A stretch of 64,000 nucleotides of DNA, from contig NC_091992.1 of the NCBI RefSeq assembly GCF_044704955.1, positions 3,968,001 to 4,032,000 on the forward strand. Direction: 5' to 3'. This stretch comes from Pristiophorus japonicus. Lineage: Eukaryota. Each line of letters begins with the position of its first letter. Within the stretch, counting starts at the first letter, position 1. Position numbers and translations under genes: made by a program. This document shows, one piece after another, positions 25,067-40,127 of the stretch. Below the pieces are notes generated by a model. It was not told where the DNA came from, did not search any database, and saw nothing but the letters and a program-made list of their open reading frames with translations.

Positions 25067-25232
25067 ATCAGAGGATCGAGGAGGTCACCTACTGGGAGAA
25101 GGAGCTCAACACCAAGCTCGACGAGCTCTCCGACGAGACGGAACTCCTGCTAGCCCAAAAGACGCGTCTGGAAAAGGCTCTGGACAGCTACTGTGCCCCT
25201 CTCTGCATCGCTCAGCAGGCTCTGCTCAATCG
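25067..25232 (+). CDS. TEKT1: Tektin-1 coding exon 2
   Basis: 166 bp; DQRIEEVTYWEKELNTKLDEL...RLEKALDSYCAPLCIAQQALLNR. Confidence 0.95.
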
Positions 25233-25599
25233 GTACGGATCAGCCTGAGGAACGGAGCATGTGTTTGGTGAGGAGGTTGAGGGGCGTAGTGCCGGAACAC
25301 GATCGGGATCCTGGAAATAATGAGCCGACCTAAAGAACACAAACAAAGGCCGCGCTCTCCCCCCGGAATCGGGGTTGGGTCCCGCGGACCCCCAGCGAGT
25401 TGCACCGCTCAGTGCGTTGCAGGCGGACCCAGACTCTGGGCTTGAGCAGAATCTTCCCACCACAGGGCAATTACAGCCAATCCCTAACCCGATCCACCGC
25501 AGACCCAAGAAAGGTGGGTCAGAGTACTTTCTGAACGTTGAGGGGCTGGGAACTGTGAAGGAGCCGAGAGATTTTGGGCTCCAAGTACAGAAATCACTA

Positions 25600-26068
25600 A
25601 AAGCTGGCAAGGCCGGCATTTATTGCCCGTCCCTAATTGCCCCTTGAGAAGGTGGTGGTGAGCCGCCTTCTTGAACCGCTGCAGTCCGTGTGGTGAAGGT
25701 GCTCCCACAGTGCTGTTAGGGAGGGAGTCCCAGGATTGTGACCCAGCGACGATGAAGGAACGGCCGATATATTTCCCAGTCAGGATGGTGTGTGACTGGG
25801 AGGGGAACGTGGAGGTGGTGGTGTTCCCATGCGCCTGCTGCCCTTGTCCTTCTAGGGGGTAGAGGTCGCGGGTTTGGGAGGTGCTGCCGAAGAAGCCTTG
25901 GCGAGTTGCTGCAGTGCATCTTGTAGATGGTGCACACTGCAGCCAGGGGGCGCCGGTGGTGGAGGGAGTGAATGTTGAAGGTGGTGGATGGGGTGTTGAT
26001 CAAGCGGCTGCTTTGTCCTGGATGGTGTCGAGCCTCTTGAGTGTTGTTGGAGCTGCACCCATGCAGGT
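25600..26068 (-). mobile_element. RTEX-like LINE 3' end
   Basis: SLHHRRPLAAVCTIYKMHC C-terminal motif and 3' UTR; clade name is inferred. Confidence 0.65.
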
Positions 26069-26100
26069 ATAGAATGGATGAGATCCTGGATCTAGTTTAG

Positions 26101-26364
<264 letters not shown>

Positions 26365-26788
26365 TGATCTGTACAGCGCATTCTTTAATCACACACCTTA
26401 TTGGGGACGGCAGGAGAGCAACAGGGAGAGCACAATAACCCAGCACAGGCATTCAACAAATACGTCCGTCTGAAACAGCGGACATTCAATTATTTGTTGG
26501 GCAGGAATCTCTGAGCACAGGCTGCGTACATTGGTGCTGGGTTGGATGGAAGAATCGTTGGGTCTGTGTGGAGAGGGGGGGGAGGGATGAGGCTGGAGAG
26601 GGGGGGAGGGATGAGGCTGGAGAGGGGGGGGCGGAGGAGGCTGGAGAGGGGGTGAGGGGTGAGGCTGGAGAGGGTGGGGAGGCTGGGGAGAGGGCAGGGA
26701 GGGGAAGGGGTGGGGGGGGGGGGGAGGGGAGGGTGCAGGGAGGAGAAGGGCCTGAAAAGGTTTGCCCCAAAAATGTTGATCAGGTGTG

Positions 26789-27775
26789 AGCTGTGGCTCA
26801 GTGGGTAGCATTCGCTCCTCGGAGTCACAAGGTTGTGGGTTTAAGTCCCCCTTTAGAAATATGAGCACAAAATCCAGGCTGACACTCCAGTGCAGTACTG
26901 AGAGAGGGCCGTGCTTTCGGAGGGACAGTGCTGAGGGAGCGCTGCACTGTCGGAGGGGCAGTACTGAGGGAGCGCCGCACTGTCGGAGGGGCAGTACTGA
27001 GGGAGCGCCGCACTGTCGGAGGGGCAGTACTGAGGGAGCGCCGCACTGTCGGAGGGGCAGTACTGAGGGAGTGCCGCACTGTCGGAGGGGCAGTACTGAG
27101 GGAGCGCCGCACTGTCGGAGGGGCAGTACTGAGGGAGCGCCGCACTGTCGGAGGGGCAGTACTGAGGGAGCGCCGCACTGTCGGAGGGGCAGTACTGAGG
27201 GAGCGCCGCACTGTCGGAGGGGCAGTACTGAGGGAGCGCCGCACTGTCGGAGGGGCAGTACTGAGGGAGCGCCGCACTGTCGGAGGGGCAGTACTGAGGG
27301 AGCGCCGCACTGTCGGAGGGGCAGTACTGAGAGAGGGCCGTGCTTTCGGAGGGACAGTACTGAGGGAGTGCTGCACTATCAGAGGTAATCTTATTAAATG
27401 GTGCAGCAGGCTTGAGTGGCCAAATGGCCTACTCCTTCTCCTAGTTCTTATGTTCTTATGTCTTTTGGATGAGACATTAAACTGAGATCACATCTGCCCT
27501 CTCGGGTGAATGTTAAACGACCCCACGGCCAATATTGGAGGAAGAGCAGAGGTGTCCTGGGGCCAATATTTATCCCTCAACCAACATCACTAAAACAGAT
27601 TATCTGGGTCATTATCACATTGCTGTGTGTGGGAGCTTGCTGTGCGCTCATTGGCTGCCACGTTTCCTACATTACAACAGTGACTACACTCCAGAAAGTA
27701 CTTAATTGGCTGTGAAGCGCTTTGGGACGTCTGGTGGTCATGAGAGGCGCTATAGAAATGCAAGTTCTTTCTTTC
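26789..27775 (+). mobile_element. Full-length Deu-type SINE with 33-bp array (about 15 units) and a nested CR1 tail (~27385-27460)
   Basis: tRNA-like head TGGCTCAGTGGGTAGC, array, Deu core, L2-like tail GGCGCTATAGAAATGCAAG. Confidence 0.85.
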
Positions 27776-27825
27776 TGTCTTCATATGTAATAAATTGAAA
27801 AAAACTGCACCAAACTCACGTTTGA

Positions 27826-27990
<165 letters not shown>

Positions 27991-28282
27991 TAAGTGTGCT
28001 CCACGCTCCCACCACTCGGCTCCCCAACCCCCACTCCATGTTGGCGAGGGAGAGCTGGAGGTGAGGAGACTGGTATCTGTGCCCCTGTAGGGTGACTTGT
28101 AGTGCTGTGGGGTCCAGCCCAGTGACACCGAGCACAGCGTGCCGCACCGCTGGTGCCAGTGAAGAAGCAGCAGCTGCCCGCATGGCCAGGAACACTGGCA
28201 CCCAGCTCTCGGGCTCCCTCAACAGTGGCAGTGATGCCTTATTGACGTTAAGCTGTCACCGATGCCAGCTCTGTGATATCAA

Positions 28283-28897
28283 CACAGGCAGTCCCTCGGA
28301 GTTGAGGAAGACTTGCTTCCACTCTAAGAGTGAGTTCTCAGGTGACTGAACAGTCCAATGTGGGAATTACAGTCTCTGTCACAGGTGGGACAGACAGTGG
28401 TCGAGGGAAAGGGGTGGGTGGGACTGGTTTGCCGCACGCTCCTTCCGCTGTCTGCGCTTGGTTTCTGCACGCTCTCGGCGACAAGACTCGAGGTGCTCAG
28501 CGCCCTCCCGGATGCACTTCCTCCATTTAAGGCGGTCTATGGCCAGGGACTCCCAGGTGTCGGTGGGGATGTTGCACTTTATCAATGAGGCTTTGAGGGT
28601 GTCCTTGAAGCGTTTCCTCTGCCCGCCTGGGGCTCGCTTGCTGTGTAGGAGTTCCGAGTAGAGCGCTTGCTTAGGGAGTCTCGTGTCGGGCATGCAGACG
28701 ATGTGGCCCGCCCAACGGAGCTGGTCGAGTGTGGTCAGTGCTTCGATGCTGGGGATATTGGCCTGAGCGAGAACACTGACATTGGTGTGTCTGTCCTCCC
28801 AGGGGATTTGCAGGATCTTGCGGAGACAGGGCTGGTGGTATTTCTCCAGTGTTTTGAGGTGTCTGCTGTACATGGTCCACGTCTCGGAGCCATACAG
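28283..28897 (-). mobile_element. RTE LINE 3' fragment
   Basis: MYSRHLKTLEKYHQ...QLRWAGHIVCMPDTRLPKQ. Confidence 0.9.
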
Positions 28898-29124
28898 GAG
28901 GGTGATATAAAGGAGGCATGGCTCCTCCTCAACATCTCGACTGGTATCAGGCTAATTCCACGCGAGGGCCAACCATCAAACAGTCACCATCCCCTGTAAC
29001 CGGCTCATCGCTCCCAGACACGCACTGCCCATCGGCAAGGCCCAGTGATAGGACTTGGCTTGTTGTCCTGTGAAACTCCGGCGCTTCTTCACGGGACAGT
29101 CGGTGCAAAGTGGTTGTCATCTAC

Positions 29125-29775
29125 CTTGCCCAAGAAGGCATACGGAACACTTGCCTTTATTAGCCGAGGCATAGAATACAAGAGCAGGGAGGTTATGCTT
29201 GAACTGTATAAAACACTGGTTAGACCACAGCTGGAGTACTGCGTGCAGTTCTGGTCACCACATTACAGGAAAGATGTGATGCACTAGAGAGGGTACAGAG
29301 GAGATTTATGAGGATGTTGCCTGGACTGGAGAATTTTAACTATGAGGAAAGATTGGATAGGTTGGGGTTGTTTTCTTTGGAACAGAGTAGGTAGGGGGGG
29401 GAAGAGCTGATTGAGGTGTATAAAATTATGAGGGGCCTGGATGGAGTGGATAGGAAGGACCTATTTCCCTTAGCAGAGGGGTCAACAACCAGGGGGCATA
29501 GATTTAAAGTAATCGGTAGGAGGTTTAGAGGAGATTTGAGGGGAAATAATTTCACCCAGAGGGTCTGGAACTCACGGCCTGAAAGGGTGGTAGAGGCAGA
29601 AACCCTCACCACATTTAAAAAGTACCTGGATGAGCACCTGAAGTACCGTAACCTACAGGGCTACGGACCCAGAGCTGGAAAATGAGAATAGGCTGGATAG
29701 CTCTTTGTCGGCCGGCACGGACACGATGGGCCGAATGGCCTCCTCCTGTGCTGCAAATTTCTATGATTCTATGAA
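29125..29775 (+). mobile_element. CR1 3' fragment
   Basis: ELYKTLVRPQLEYCVQFWSP; (TTCTATGA)n tail. Confidence 0.9.
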
Positions 29776-30282
29776 GTCTTTCGAGTGGCATTGGCTGAAA
29801 GCATGGACCAGATCGCCTGGCCGCGCTGAGAATCGGGTCTGGTGTGTGCTGCGATCTCGCTCCATCGCCGTAACTGTGGTCACGATTTATCCCTCAATCA
29901 GTACCTAAAACTGATGATCGGGTCATTATCACATTGCTGTGTGTGGGAGCTTGCTGTGCGCAAATTGGCTGCTGCGTTTCCCACATTACAACAGTGACTA
30001 CACTCCAAAAGTACTTCATTGGCTGCAGAGCGCTTTGGGACGCCTGAGGTTGTGAAAGGTGCTATAATCATAGAATCATAGAATGATGCCACACAGGAGG
30101 AGGCTATTCGGCCCATCGTGCCTGTGCCAGCTGTGGCTGAGCGATCCAATTAGTGGTGAAAGGCGCTATAAAAATGTTTGTTCTTTGTTTTGATGGGACA
30201 AGGCCTCCTCATCAATACAGACTTATGCCTGATCCTGTCACATCTCCCAAGGTCAAGCATTTTAAACAAATTGGGCAAGTGC

Positions 30283-30687
30283 CTAAACAGGCTCGAGGAG
30301 CTGAATGGCCTCCTCCTGTTCCTGTGTAACAGGCTCGAGGGGCTGAATGGGCCTCCTCCTGTTCCTGTGTAACAGGCTCGAGGGGCTGAATGGCCTCCTC
30401 CTGTTCCTGTGTAACAGGCTCGAGGGGCCGAATGGGCCTCCTCCTGTTCCTGTGTAACAGGCTCGAGGGGCTGAATGGCCTCCTCCTGTTCCTGTGTAAC
30501 AGGCTCGATGGGCTGAATGGCCTCCTCCTGTTCCTGTGTAACAGGCTCGAGGGGCTGAATGGCCTCCTCCTGTTCCTGTGTAACAGGCTCGAGGGGCTGA
30601 ATGGCCTCCTCCTGTTCCTGTGTAACAGGCTCGAGGGGCTGAATGGCCTCCTGTTCCTGTGTAACAGGCTCGAGGGGCTGAATGGCC
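30283..30687 (+). repeat. 42-bp tandem array derived from a CR1 3' UTR (9-10 units)
   Basis: AACAGGCTCGAGGGGCTGAATGGCCTCCTCCTGTTCCTGTGT; core matches CR1 tails in the window. Confidence 0.9.
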
Positions 30688-30721
30688 GTCTTGCTCCAAT
30701 ACCTTTGCTCTGTTTTTCCAG

Positions 30722-30944
30722 CTCCGTCACCCCCGAGGAGTGGCAAGATTTCACCAACACGAATATTGTGAATGCTGACAAACAGAAAAATAGCTCAACG
30801 GCATTGCGCTCCCTGATTGACGGCATCTTATCGGAAACCACGAGCGACATGCTAAGACAAGAGGAAGCCGTGAACCGAGCCTTTAAATTCCGCATTCAAG
30901 AAACAAAAGATGCAAAATGCAAACTGGAAAAGCATCTCAGTAAG
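30722..30944 (+). CDS. TEKT1: Tektin-1 coding exon 5
   Basis: 223 bp; SVTPEEWQDFTNTNIVNADKQKNSSTALRSLIDGILSET...ETKDAKCKLEKHLSK. Confidence 0.95.
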
Positions 30945-31019
30945 GTTGGTGCCCGCACTGTCTCTGTGGCTATGGCAACACCAGTCAAAGCAACCCCCGA
31001 CAGTGTATTCAGTGGCACC

Positions 31020-32015
31020 CCGTATCCTCTCCATCACCAAGCCCGCCTATTTCCCCCTCCGTAACATCGCCCGTCTCCGCCCCGGCCTCCCCTCATCCGT
31101 TGCTCAAACCCTCATTCCGTGCCTTTGTTACCAGACTCGACTATCCCAACGCTCTCCCAGCCGGCCTCCCATCTTCCCCCACCTCCGTAAACTTCTGCTC
31201 ATCCAAAACTGAGCTGCCCCATGTCCTAACTCGCACCGAGTCCCACTCACCCATCACCCCCCGTGCTCGCTGCCCTGTGTCTAACTCGCACCAAGTCCCA
31301 CTCACCTATCACCCCCCGTGCTCGCTGTCCTGTGTCTAACTCGCACCCAGTCCCACTCACCCATCACCCCCTGTGCTCGCTGCCCTGTGTCCTAACTCGC
31401 ATCCAATCCCACTCACCCATCACCCCCTGTGCTCACTGACCCGTGTCCTAACTCGCACCCAGTCCCGCTCACCTATCGCCCCCTGTGCTCGCTGCCCTGT
31501 GTCCTAACTCGCACCGAGTCCCACTCACCCATCACCCCCTGTGCTCACTGACCCGTGTCCTAACTCGCACCCAGTCCCGCTCACCTATCGCCCCCTGTGC
31601 TCGCTGCCCTGTGTCCTAACTCGCACCGAGTCCCACTCACCCATCACCCCCTGTGCCCGCTGACCTACATTGGCTCTCGGTCCGGCAATATCACGATTTG
31701 AAAATTCTCATCCTTGTGTTTAAATCCCTCCATGGCCCTTGCCCCTCCCTATCTCTGTAATCTCCTCCAGCCCCACAACGCCCCGAGATCTCTGCGCCGC
31801 TCCAATTCTGGCCTCTTGCACATCCCTGATTATAATCACATCACCTGGGCCCCAAGCTCTGGAACTCCCTCCCTAAACCTCTTCACCTCTCTCTCCTACT
31901 TTAAGGCGCTCCTTAAAACCCACCTCTTTGACCAAACTTTTTGTCTGATTACACCCGTGAAGCGTCTTGGGATGTTTTTACTATGTTAAAGGTGCTATAT
32001 AAATGCAAGTTGTTG
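31020..32015 (+). mobile_element. L2 3' fragment with internal 56-bp array (about 8 units, 31225-31660)
   Basis: FVTRLDYPNAL, HWL..., L2 tail AAAGGTGCTATATAAATGCAAGTTGTTG. Confidence 0.85.
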
Positions 32016-32374
32016 CTGACGTTATACACTACGTATTGAGACCGGGGGGTGGGGTAAGTGAGATTCGGACTATTTGCTCACTCGGAGGGTAAACACCAGA
32101 ATGGACCGAATGGCCTGTTTCCATGTTGTAACTAAAGATAATCTGAGACATGCCGTGTGATGAGTGGAGCGAGCTCAGGAGGAACAGGGGACTTTGGGCC
32201 TCTGGGCCTCTGGGTCCCAAAGCTCTCCCCCACGGGGGGTTTTCCTCCCCTCATGTCTGGGTCTGTAGTAGACTCATTGATTGAGATCGATCAACAACTC
32301 CATTAGCGGTGGATCATCTGATATTAGGTGAATTGGATGGACCTTGGTCTTCGTTCATCAAGCAATTCCCATGA

Positions 32375-33623
<1,249 letters not shown>

Positions 33624-33934
33624 TGAGAACGGCAGGGGCAGGCATCAAGGCATCAGATATAGACTGGTGCCATTCGATAGTATGTGGGGGGGGGGGGGAG
33701 GGTCGCGTAGGGTTAAACCCCTCTGACTTCCAGCCACAGACGCCGCACTGCAGCAGCAGCAGTACCATACAAAAGGCTCTGGCCCATTTTGGGTAGATAG
33801 AATAATACAGCACCGAAGGAAGCTATTCAGCCCATCAGGCTCAAACCGGCTCTTTAAAGGACGATCCATTTAGTCCCAGTTCCCCTGCTCCTTCCCCTGA
33901 GCTGTGCAAACTTTTCCTGTGTATGATGGTAAGT

Positions 33935-34292
33935 TTTACTCTGTACCTAACCCGTGCTGTACCTGCCCTGAGAGTGTTTCATGGGACAGTGGTAGAGGGA
34001 GCTTTACTCTGTATCTAACCCCGTGCTGTACCTGCCCTGAGAGTGTTTGATGGGACAGTGTAGAGGGAGCTTTACTCTGTATCTGACCCCGTGCTGTACC
34101 TGTCCTGGGAGTGTTTGATGGGACAGTGTAGAGGGAGCTTTACTCTGTATCTAACCCCCTGTACCTGCCCTGGGAGTGTTTGATGGGATAGTGTAGAGGG
34201 AGCTTTACTCTGTATCTAACCCCCTGTACCTGCCCTGGGAGTGTTTGATGGGACAGTGTAGAGGGAGCTTTACTCTGTATCTGACCCCGTGC
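33935..34292. repeat. 65-70-bp tandem array (about 5 units)
   Basis: CTTTACTCTGTATCTAACCC...GTACCTGCCCTGGGAGTGTTTGATGGGACAGTGTAGAGGGAG. Confidence 0.9.
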
Positions 34293-34361
34293 TGGAATAA
34301 AGCAGGATCGGGGTTGAATGCAGAGCGCTGGGTGTTGGATGAACCACGATGGTGTGAGTGA

Positions 34362-34541
<180 letters not shown>

Positions 34542-34709
34542 GCCTGCAGGACTCCCAGCTGTGAGCCTGTCTGGCTGTGTGTGAGAGAATGGTGTGTGTG
34601 TGTACCATAAACACTATAACACGCTGAGGTGCATGGCAGTTTTTTTCTTGTTCTTTGCCAGTTTGTTACACCCCTTCCTCATGTCTCTATATATAACTGT
34701 CAGAACATT

Positions 34710-34715
34710 AATAAA
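34710..34715 (+). terminator. Putative TEKT1 polyadenylation signal
   Basis: AATAAA about 170 bp after the stop, followed by T-rich sequence. Confidence 0.65.
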
Positions 34716-34811
34716 TCCTTTTAAACTAAAATCCTATCCCTCCTTTTAATTCCTGTATCTGCCGTGCTTTCCCCGTCAAATCCACCACCGATCGCCCACA
34801 CTGGTTCGTAT

Positions 34812-34978
34812 ACAAAAGCAAAATACTGCGGATGCTGGAATCTGAAATAAAAACAGAGAATGCTGGAAATCTCAGCGGGTCAGGCAGCATCTGTGGAGAG
34901 CGACAGTTAATGTTTCGGGCCTGGGACAAAGGGTGTCTCCACACACGAGATTTCCAGCATCTTCTGCTTTTATTTCTG
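34812..34978. mobile_element. Penelope-like terminal-repeat fragment with inverted arms
   Basis: GAAATAAAAACAGAGAATGCTGGAAATCTC ... GAGATTTCCAGCATCTTCTGCTTTTATTTC; reverse complement matches 49296-49370. Confidence 0.55.
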
Positions 34979-35145
34979 GCTCGACATATTCCTGGAGTTT
35001 GCATCACATGATCTCCAACCGCCTCGCCCCCGCACTTTCACCATTGGTTGCCTGATACGCCAATCCTCGAGCTGTCCCGCCCCCAGATCAATCACAGAGT
35101 GAGGAGACTCTTTGTTACCCAACTTTTCGTTCCTGGAATGTGAGC

Positions 35146-35840
35146 CGCCCCTCCGACAGTGCGGGGCTCCCTCAGTACTGCCCCTCCGGGGCTCCCTCAG
35201 TACTGCCCCTCCGACAGTGCGGGGCTCCCTCAGTACCGCCCCTCCGGGGCTCCCTCAGTACTGCCCCTCCGACAGTGCGGGGCTCCCTCAGTACCGCCCC
35301 TCCGGGGCTCCCTCAGTACTGCCCCTCCGACAGTGCGGCGCTCCCTCAGTACTGCCCCTCCGACAGTGCGGCGCTCCCTCAGTACTGCCCCTCCGACAGT
35401 GCGACGCTCCCTCAGTACTGCCCCTCCGACAGTGCGGGGCTCCCTCAGCACTGCCCCTCCGACAGTGCGGCGCTCCCTCAGTACCGCCCCTCCGACAGTG
35501 CGGGGCTCCCTCAGCACTGCCCCTCCGACAGTGCGGCGCTCCCTCAGTACTGCCCCTCCGACAGTGCGACGCTCCCTCAGTACTGCCCCTCCGACAGTGC
35601 GGGGCTCCCTCAGTACTGCCCCTCCGACAGTGCGACGCTCCCTCAGTACCGCCCCTCCGACAGTGCGGGGCTCCCTCAGTACCGCCCCTCCGGGGCTCGC
35701 TCAGTACTGCCCCTCCGACAGTGCGGCACTCCCTCAGCACTGCCCTGGAGTGTCAGTCTAGATTTTGTGATCAAGTCTCTAGAGTGGGACTTGAACCCAC
35801 AAACACCTGACTCGGAAGCGAGGGTGCTACCCACTGAGCT
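35146..35840 (-). mobile_element. Deu-type SINE 5' half with mixed 33-bp and shortened units
   Basis: Head (A and B box) at the right end; array 35146-35745. Confidence 0.8.
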
Positions 35841-35984
35841 AATCTGTCGGAGATCTCGCTGCTCGTCTGCTGTAACTGGAGGAAGAGCCGATGAGATCGA
35901 AGGGAAATGGCATTTATCAGGTGACTCCAGGTCCTGCCCATTTCCCGTTCAACATTTGTTCCAGACCGGCAGGTACACCACTGC

Positions 35985-38900
35985 TTTTTCTTTTTTATAT
36001 CAGTAAGTAACCTGTTAACAATGTTGTCTTAATTTAAGTGTAGCTAAGGGTTAAGTCATGGCAGGAGAGCTCGGTCACGTGATATGCTCCTCCTGTACCA
36101 TGTGGGAACTCAGGACGCCTCCGGTGTCCCTGACGACTACGTGTGTGGGAAGTGTATCCACCTCCAGCTCCTGACAGACCGCGTTGCGGAATTGGAGCTA
36201 AGGGTGGATTCACTCTGGAGCATCCACGATGCTGAGAATGACGTGAGTAGCACGTGTAGCGAGCTGGTCTTACCGCAGGTGAGGGGTCCACAGCCAGCGA
36301 GGGAATGGAAGACCAGCAGGAAGAGCAGTGCAAGGAAGGTAGTGCAGGGGTCCCCTGCGGTCATCCCTCTGCAAAACAGATACACTGCTTTGAGTACTGT
36401 TGAGGGGGATGACTCATCAGGGGAGGGCAGCAGCAGCCAAGTTCATGGCACCGTGGCTGGCTCTGTTGCATAGGAGGGCAGGAAAAAGAGTGGGAGAGCG
36501 ATATTGATAGGGGATTCGATTGTAAGGGGAATAGATAGGTGTTTCTGCGGCCACAACCAAGACTCCCAGGATGGTATGTTGCCTCCCTGGTGCAAGGGTC
36601 AAGGATGTCTCGGAGCGGGTGCAGGACATTCTAAAAAGGGAGGGAAAACAGCCAGTTGTCGTGGTGCAGCAGGGAGGGATTCAAATTCCTGGGGCATTGG
36701 AACCGGTTCTGGGGGAGGTGGGACCAGTACAAACCGGACGGTCTGCACCTGAGCAGGACCGGAACCAATGTCCTAGGGGGAGTGTTTGCTAGTGCTGTTG
36801 GGGAGGAGTTAAACTAATATGGCAGGGGGATGGGAACCAATGCAGGGAGATAGAGGGAAACAAAATGGAGACAGAAGCAAAGGACAGAAAGGAGATGAGT
36901 AAAAGTGGAGGGCAGAGAAACCCATGGCAAAAAACAAAAAGGGCCAATGTACAGCAAAATTCTAAAGGGTCAAAGTGTAATAAAAAGGGAAGCATGAAAG
37001 CTCTGTGCCTCAATGCGAGGAGTATTCGGAACCCAGGAGAGGGCTCTGAGCTAGTTAGAGTGAGGGAGAGCTCAGATGAACATGACCCCAAGAAAGAATG
37101 CAAAAGGCAGGAGGCAACAGAGCAGAGTAGCACTGGGGTAAGTGTAAACCACAAGGTGATAGGAAGGGACAATATGTATGAATATAAAGGGGCTGCAGGA
37201 GGGGTCAAAGCTAAAAATCATGGTTTAAAAACTAGTATTAAAACACTTTACCTAAACGCACGCAGCATTCGAAATAAAGTAAATGAGTTGACGGCACAAA
37301 TCATTACAAATGGGTATGATTTGGTGGCCATTACAGAAACGTGGTTGCAGGGTGGCCAAGACTGGGAATTAAACATACAGGGGTATCTGACAATTCGGAA
37401 GGATAGACAAGAAGGGAAAGGAGGTGGGGTAGCTCTGTTAATAAAGGATGATATCAGGGCAGTTGTGAGAGACGACATTGGTACTAATGAACAAAATGTT
37501 GAATCATTGTGGGTGGAGATTAGAGATAGTAAGGGGAAAAAGTCACTGGTGGACGTAGTTTATAGGCCCCCAAATAATAACTTCACGGTGGGGCGGACAA
37601 TAATCAAGGGAATAATGGAGGCATGTGAAAAAGGAACGGCAGTAATCATGGGGGATTTTAACCTACATATCGATTGGTCAAATCAAATCACACGGGGTAG
37701 CCTGGAGGAGGAATTCATAGAATGCATACGGGATTGTTTCTTAGAACAGTATGTTACAGAACCTACAAGGGAGCAAGCTATCTTAGATCTGGTCCTGTGT
37801 AATGAGACAGGAATAATAAATGATCTAGTAAAAAATCCTCTCTGAATGAGTGATCACAGTATGGTTGAATTTGTAATACAGATTGAGGGTGAGGAAGTAG
37901 TGTCTCAAATGAGCGTACTATGCTTAAACAAAGGGGACTACAGTGGGATGAGGGCAGAGTTGGCTAAAGTAGACTGGAAACACAGACTAAATGGTGGCAC
38001 AATTGAGGAACAGTGGAGGACTTTTAAGGAGCTCTTTCATAGTGCGCAACAAAAATATATTCCAGTAAAAAAGAAGGGCGGTAAGAGAAGGGATAACCAG
38101 CCGTGGATAACCAAGGAAATAAAGGAGAGTATCAAATTAAAAACCAATGCGTATAAGTTGGCCAAGGTTAGTGGGAAACTAAAAGATTGGGAACATTTTA
38201 AACGACAGCAAAGAATGACTAAGAAAGCAATAAAGAAAGGAAAGATAGATTACGAAGGTAAACTTGCGCAAAACATAAAAAGATAATAAAAGCTTTTACC
38301 GATATATAAAAAGGAAAAGATTGACTAAAGTAAATGTTGGTCCTTTAGAAGATGAGAAGGGGGATTTAATAATGGGAAATGTGGAAATGGCTGAGACCTT
38401 AAACAATTATTTTTCTTCGGTCTTCACAGTGGAAGACACAAAAACCACGCCAAAAATTGCTGGTCACGGGAATGTGGGAAGGGAGGACCTTGAGACAGTC
38501 ACTATTACTAGGGAGGTAGTGCTGGACAGGCTAATGGGACTCAAAGTAGACAAGTCCCCTGGTCCTGATGAAATGCATCCCAGGGTATTAAAAGAGATGG
38601 CGGAAGTTATAGCAGATGCATTGGTTATAATCTACCAAAATTCTCTGGACTCTGGGGAGGTACCAGTGTATTGGAAAGCAGCTAATGTAATGCCTCTGTT
38701 TAAAAAAGGGGGCAGACAAAAGGCAGGTAACTATAGGCCGGTTAGTTTAACATCTGTAGTGGGGAAAATGCTTAAAGCTATCATTAAGGAAGAAATAGCG
38801 GGACATCTAGATAGGAATAGTGCAATCAAGCAGACGCAACATGGATTCATGAAGGGGAAATCATGTTTAACTAATTTACTGGAATTCTTTGAGGATATAA

Positions 38901-40127
38901 CGAGCATGGTGGATAGAGGTGTACCGATGGATGTGGTGTATTTAGATTTCCAAAAGGCATTCGATAAGGTGCCACACAAAAGGTTACTGCAGAAGATAGA
39001 GGTACGCGGAGTCAGAGGAAATGTATTAGCATGGATCGAGAATTGGCTGGCGAGCAGAAAGCAGAGAGTTGGGATAAATGGGTCCTTTTCAGGTTGGAAA
39101 TCGGTGGTTAGTGGTGTGCCACAGGGATCGGTGCTGGGACCACAACTGTTTACAATATACATAGATGACCTAGAAGAGGGGACAGAGTGTAGTGTAACAA
39201 AATTTGCAGATGACACAAAGATTAGTGGGAAAGCGGGTTGTGTAGAGGACACAGAGAGGCTACAAGGAGATTTAGATAGGTTAAGCGAATGGGCTAAGGT
39301 TTGGCAGATGGAATACAATGTCGGAAAATGTGAGGTCATCCACCTTGGGGGAAAAAAAAAAACAGTAAAAGGGAATATTATTTGAATGGGGAGAAATTAC
39401 AACATGCTGCGGTGCAGAGGGACCTGGGGGTCCTTGTGCATGAATCCCAAAAAGTTAGTTTGCAGGTGCAGCAGGTAATCAGGAAGGCGAATGGAATGTT
39501 GGCCTTCATTGCGAGAGGGATGGAATACAAAAGCAGGGAGGTCCTGCTGCAACTGTACAGGGTATTGGTAAGGCCGCACCTGGAGTACTGCGTGCAGTTT
39601 TGGTCACCTTACTTAAGGAAGGATATACTAGCTTTGGAGGGGGTACAGAGACGATTCACTAGGCTGATTCCGGAGATGAGGGGGTTACCTTATGATGATA
39701 GATTGAGTAGACTGGGTCTTTACTCGTTGGAATTCAGAAGGATGAAACATTTAAAATAATGAAAGGGGTAGACAAGATAGAGGCAGAGAGGTTGTTTCCA
39801 CTGGTCAGGCAGACTAGAACTAGGGGGCACAGCCTCAAAATACGGGGGAGCCAATTTAAAACCGAGTTGAGAAGGAATTTCTTCTCCCAGAGGGTTGTGA
39901 ATCTGTGGAATTCTCTGCCCAGGGAAGCAGTTGAGGCTAGCTCATTGAATGTATTCAAATCACAGATAGATTTTTAACCAATAAGGGAATTAAGGGTTAT
40001 GGGGAGCGGGCGGGTAAGTGGAGCTGAGTCCACGACCAGATCAGCCATGATCTTTTTGAATGGCGGAGCAGGCTCGAGGGGCTAGATGGCCTAATCCTGT
40101 TCCTAATTCTTATGTTCTTATGTTATG
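35985..40127 (+). mobile_element. Near full-length CR1 LINE (ORF1 zinc finger/esterase; ORF2 APE endonuclease plus RT), inactivated
   Basis: ORF1 ATG 36058 with CSSC...CGKC and IGDSIVRG; ORF2 LNARSIRNK, AITETWL, MGDFN, SDH, QGSVLGP, FADD; (TTCTTATG)n tail; stops and frameshifts. 5' boundary approximate. Confidence 0.95.

Noticed and set aside
26789-26865. tRNA gene
   Set aside because: A/B-box-like head continues directly into the SINE body; no complete cloverleaf is evident.
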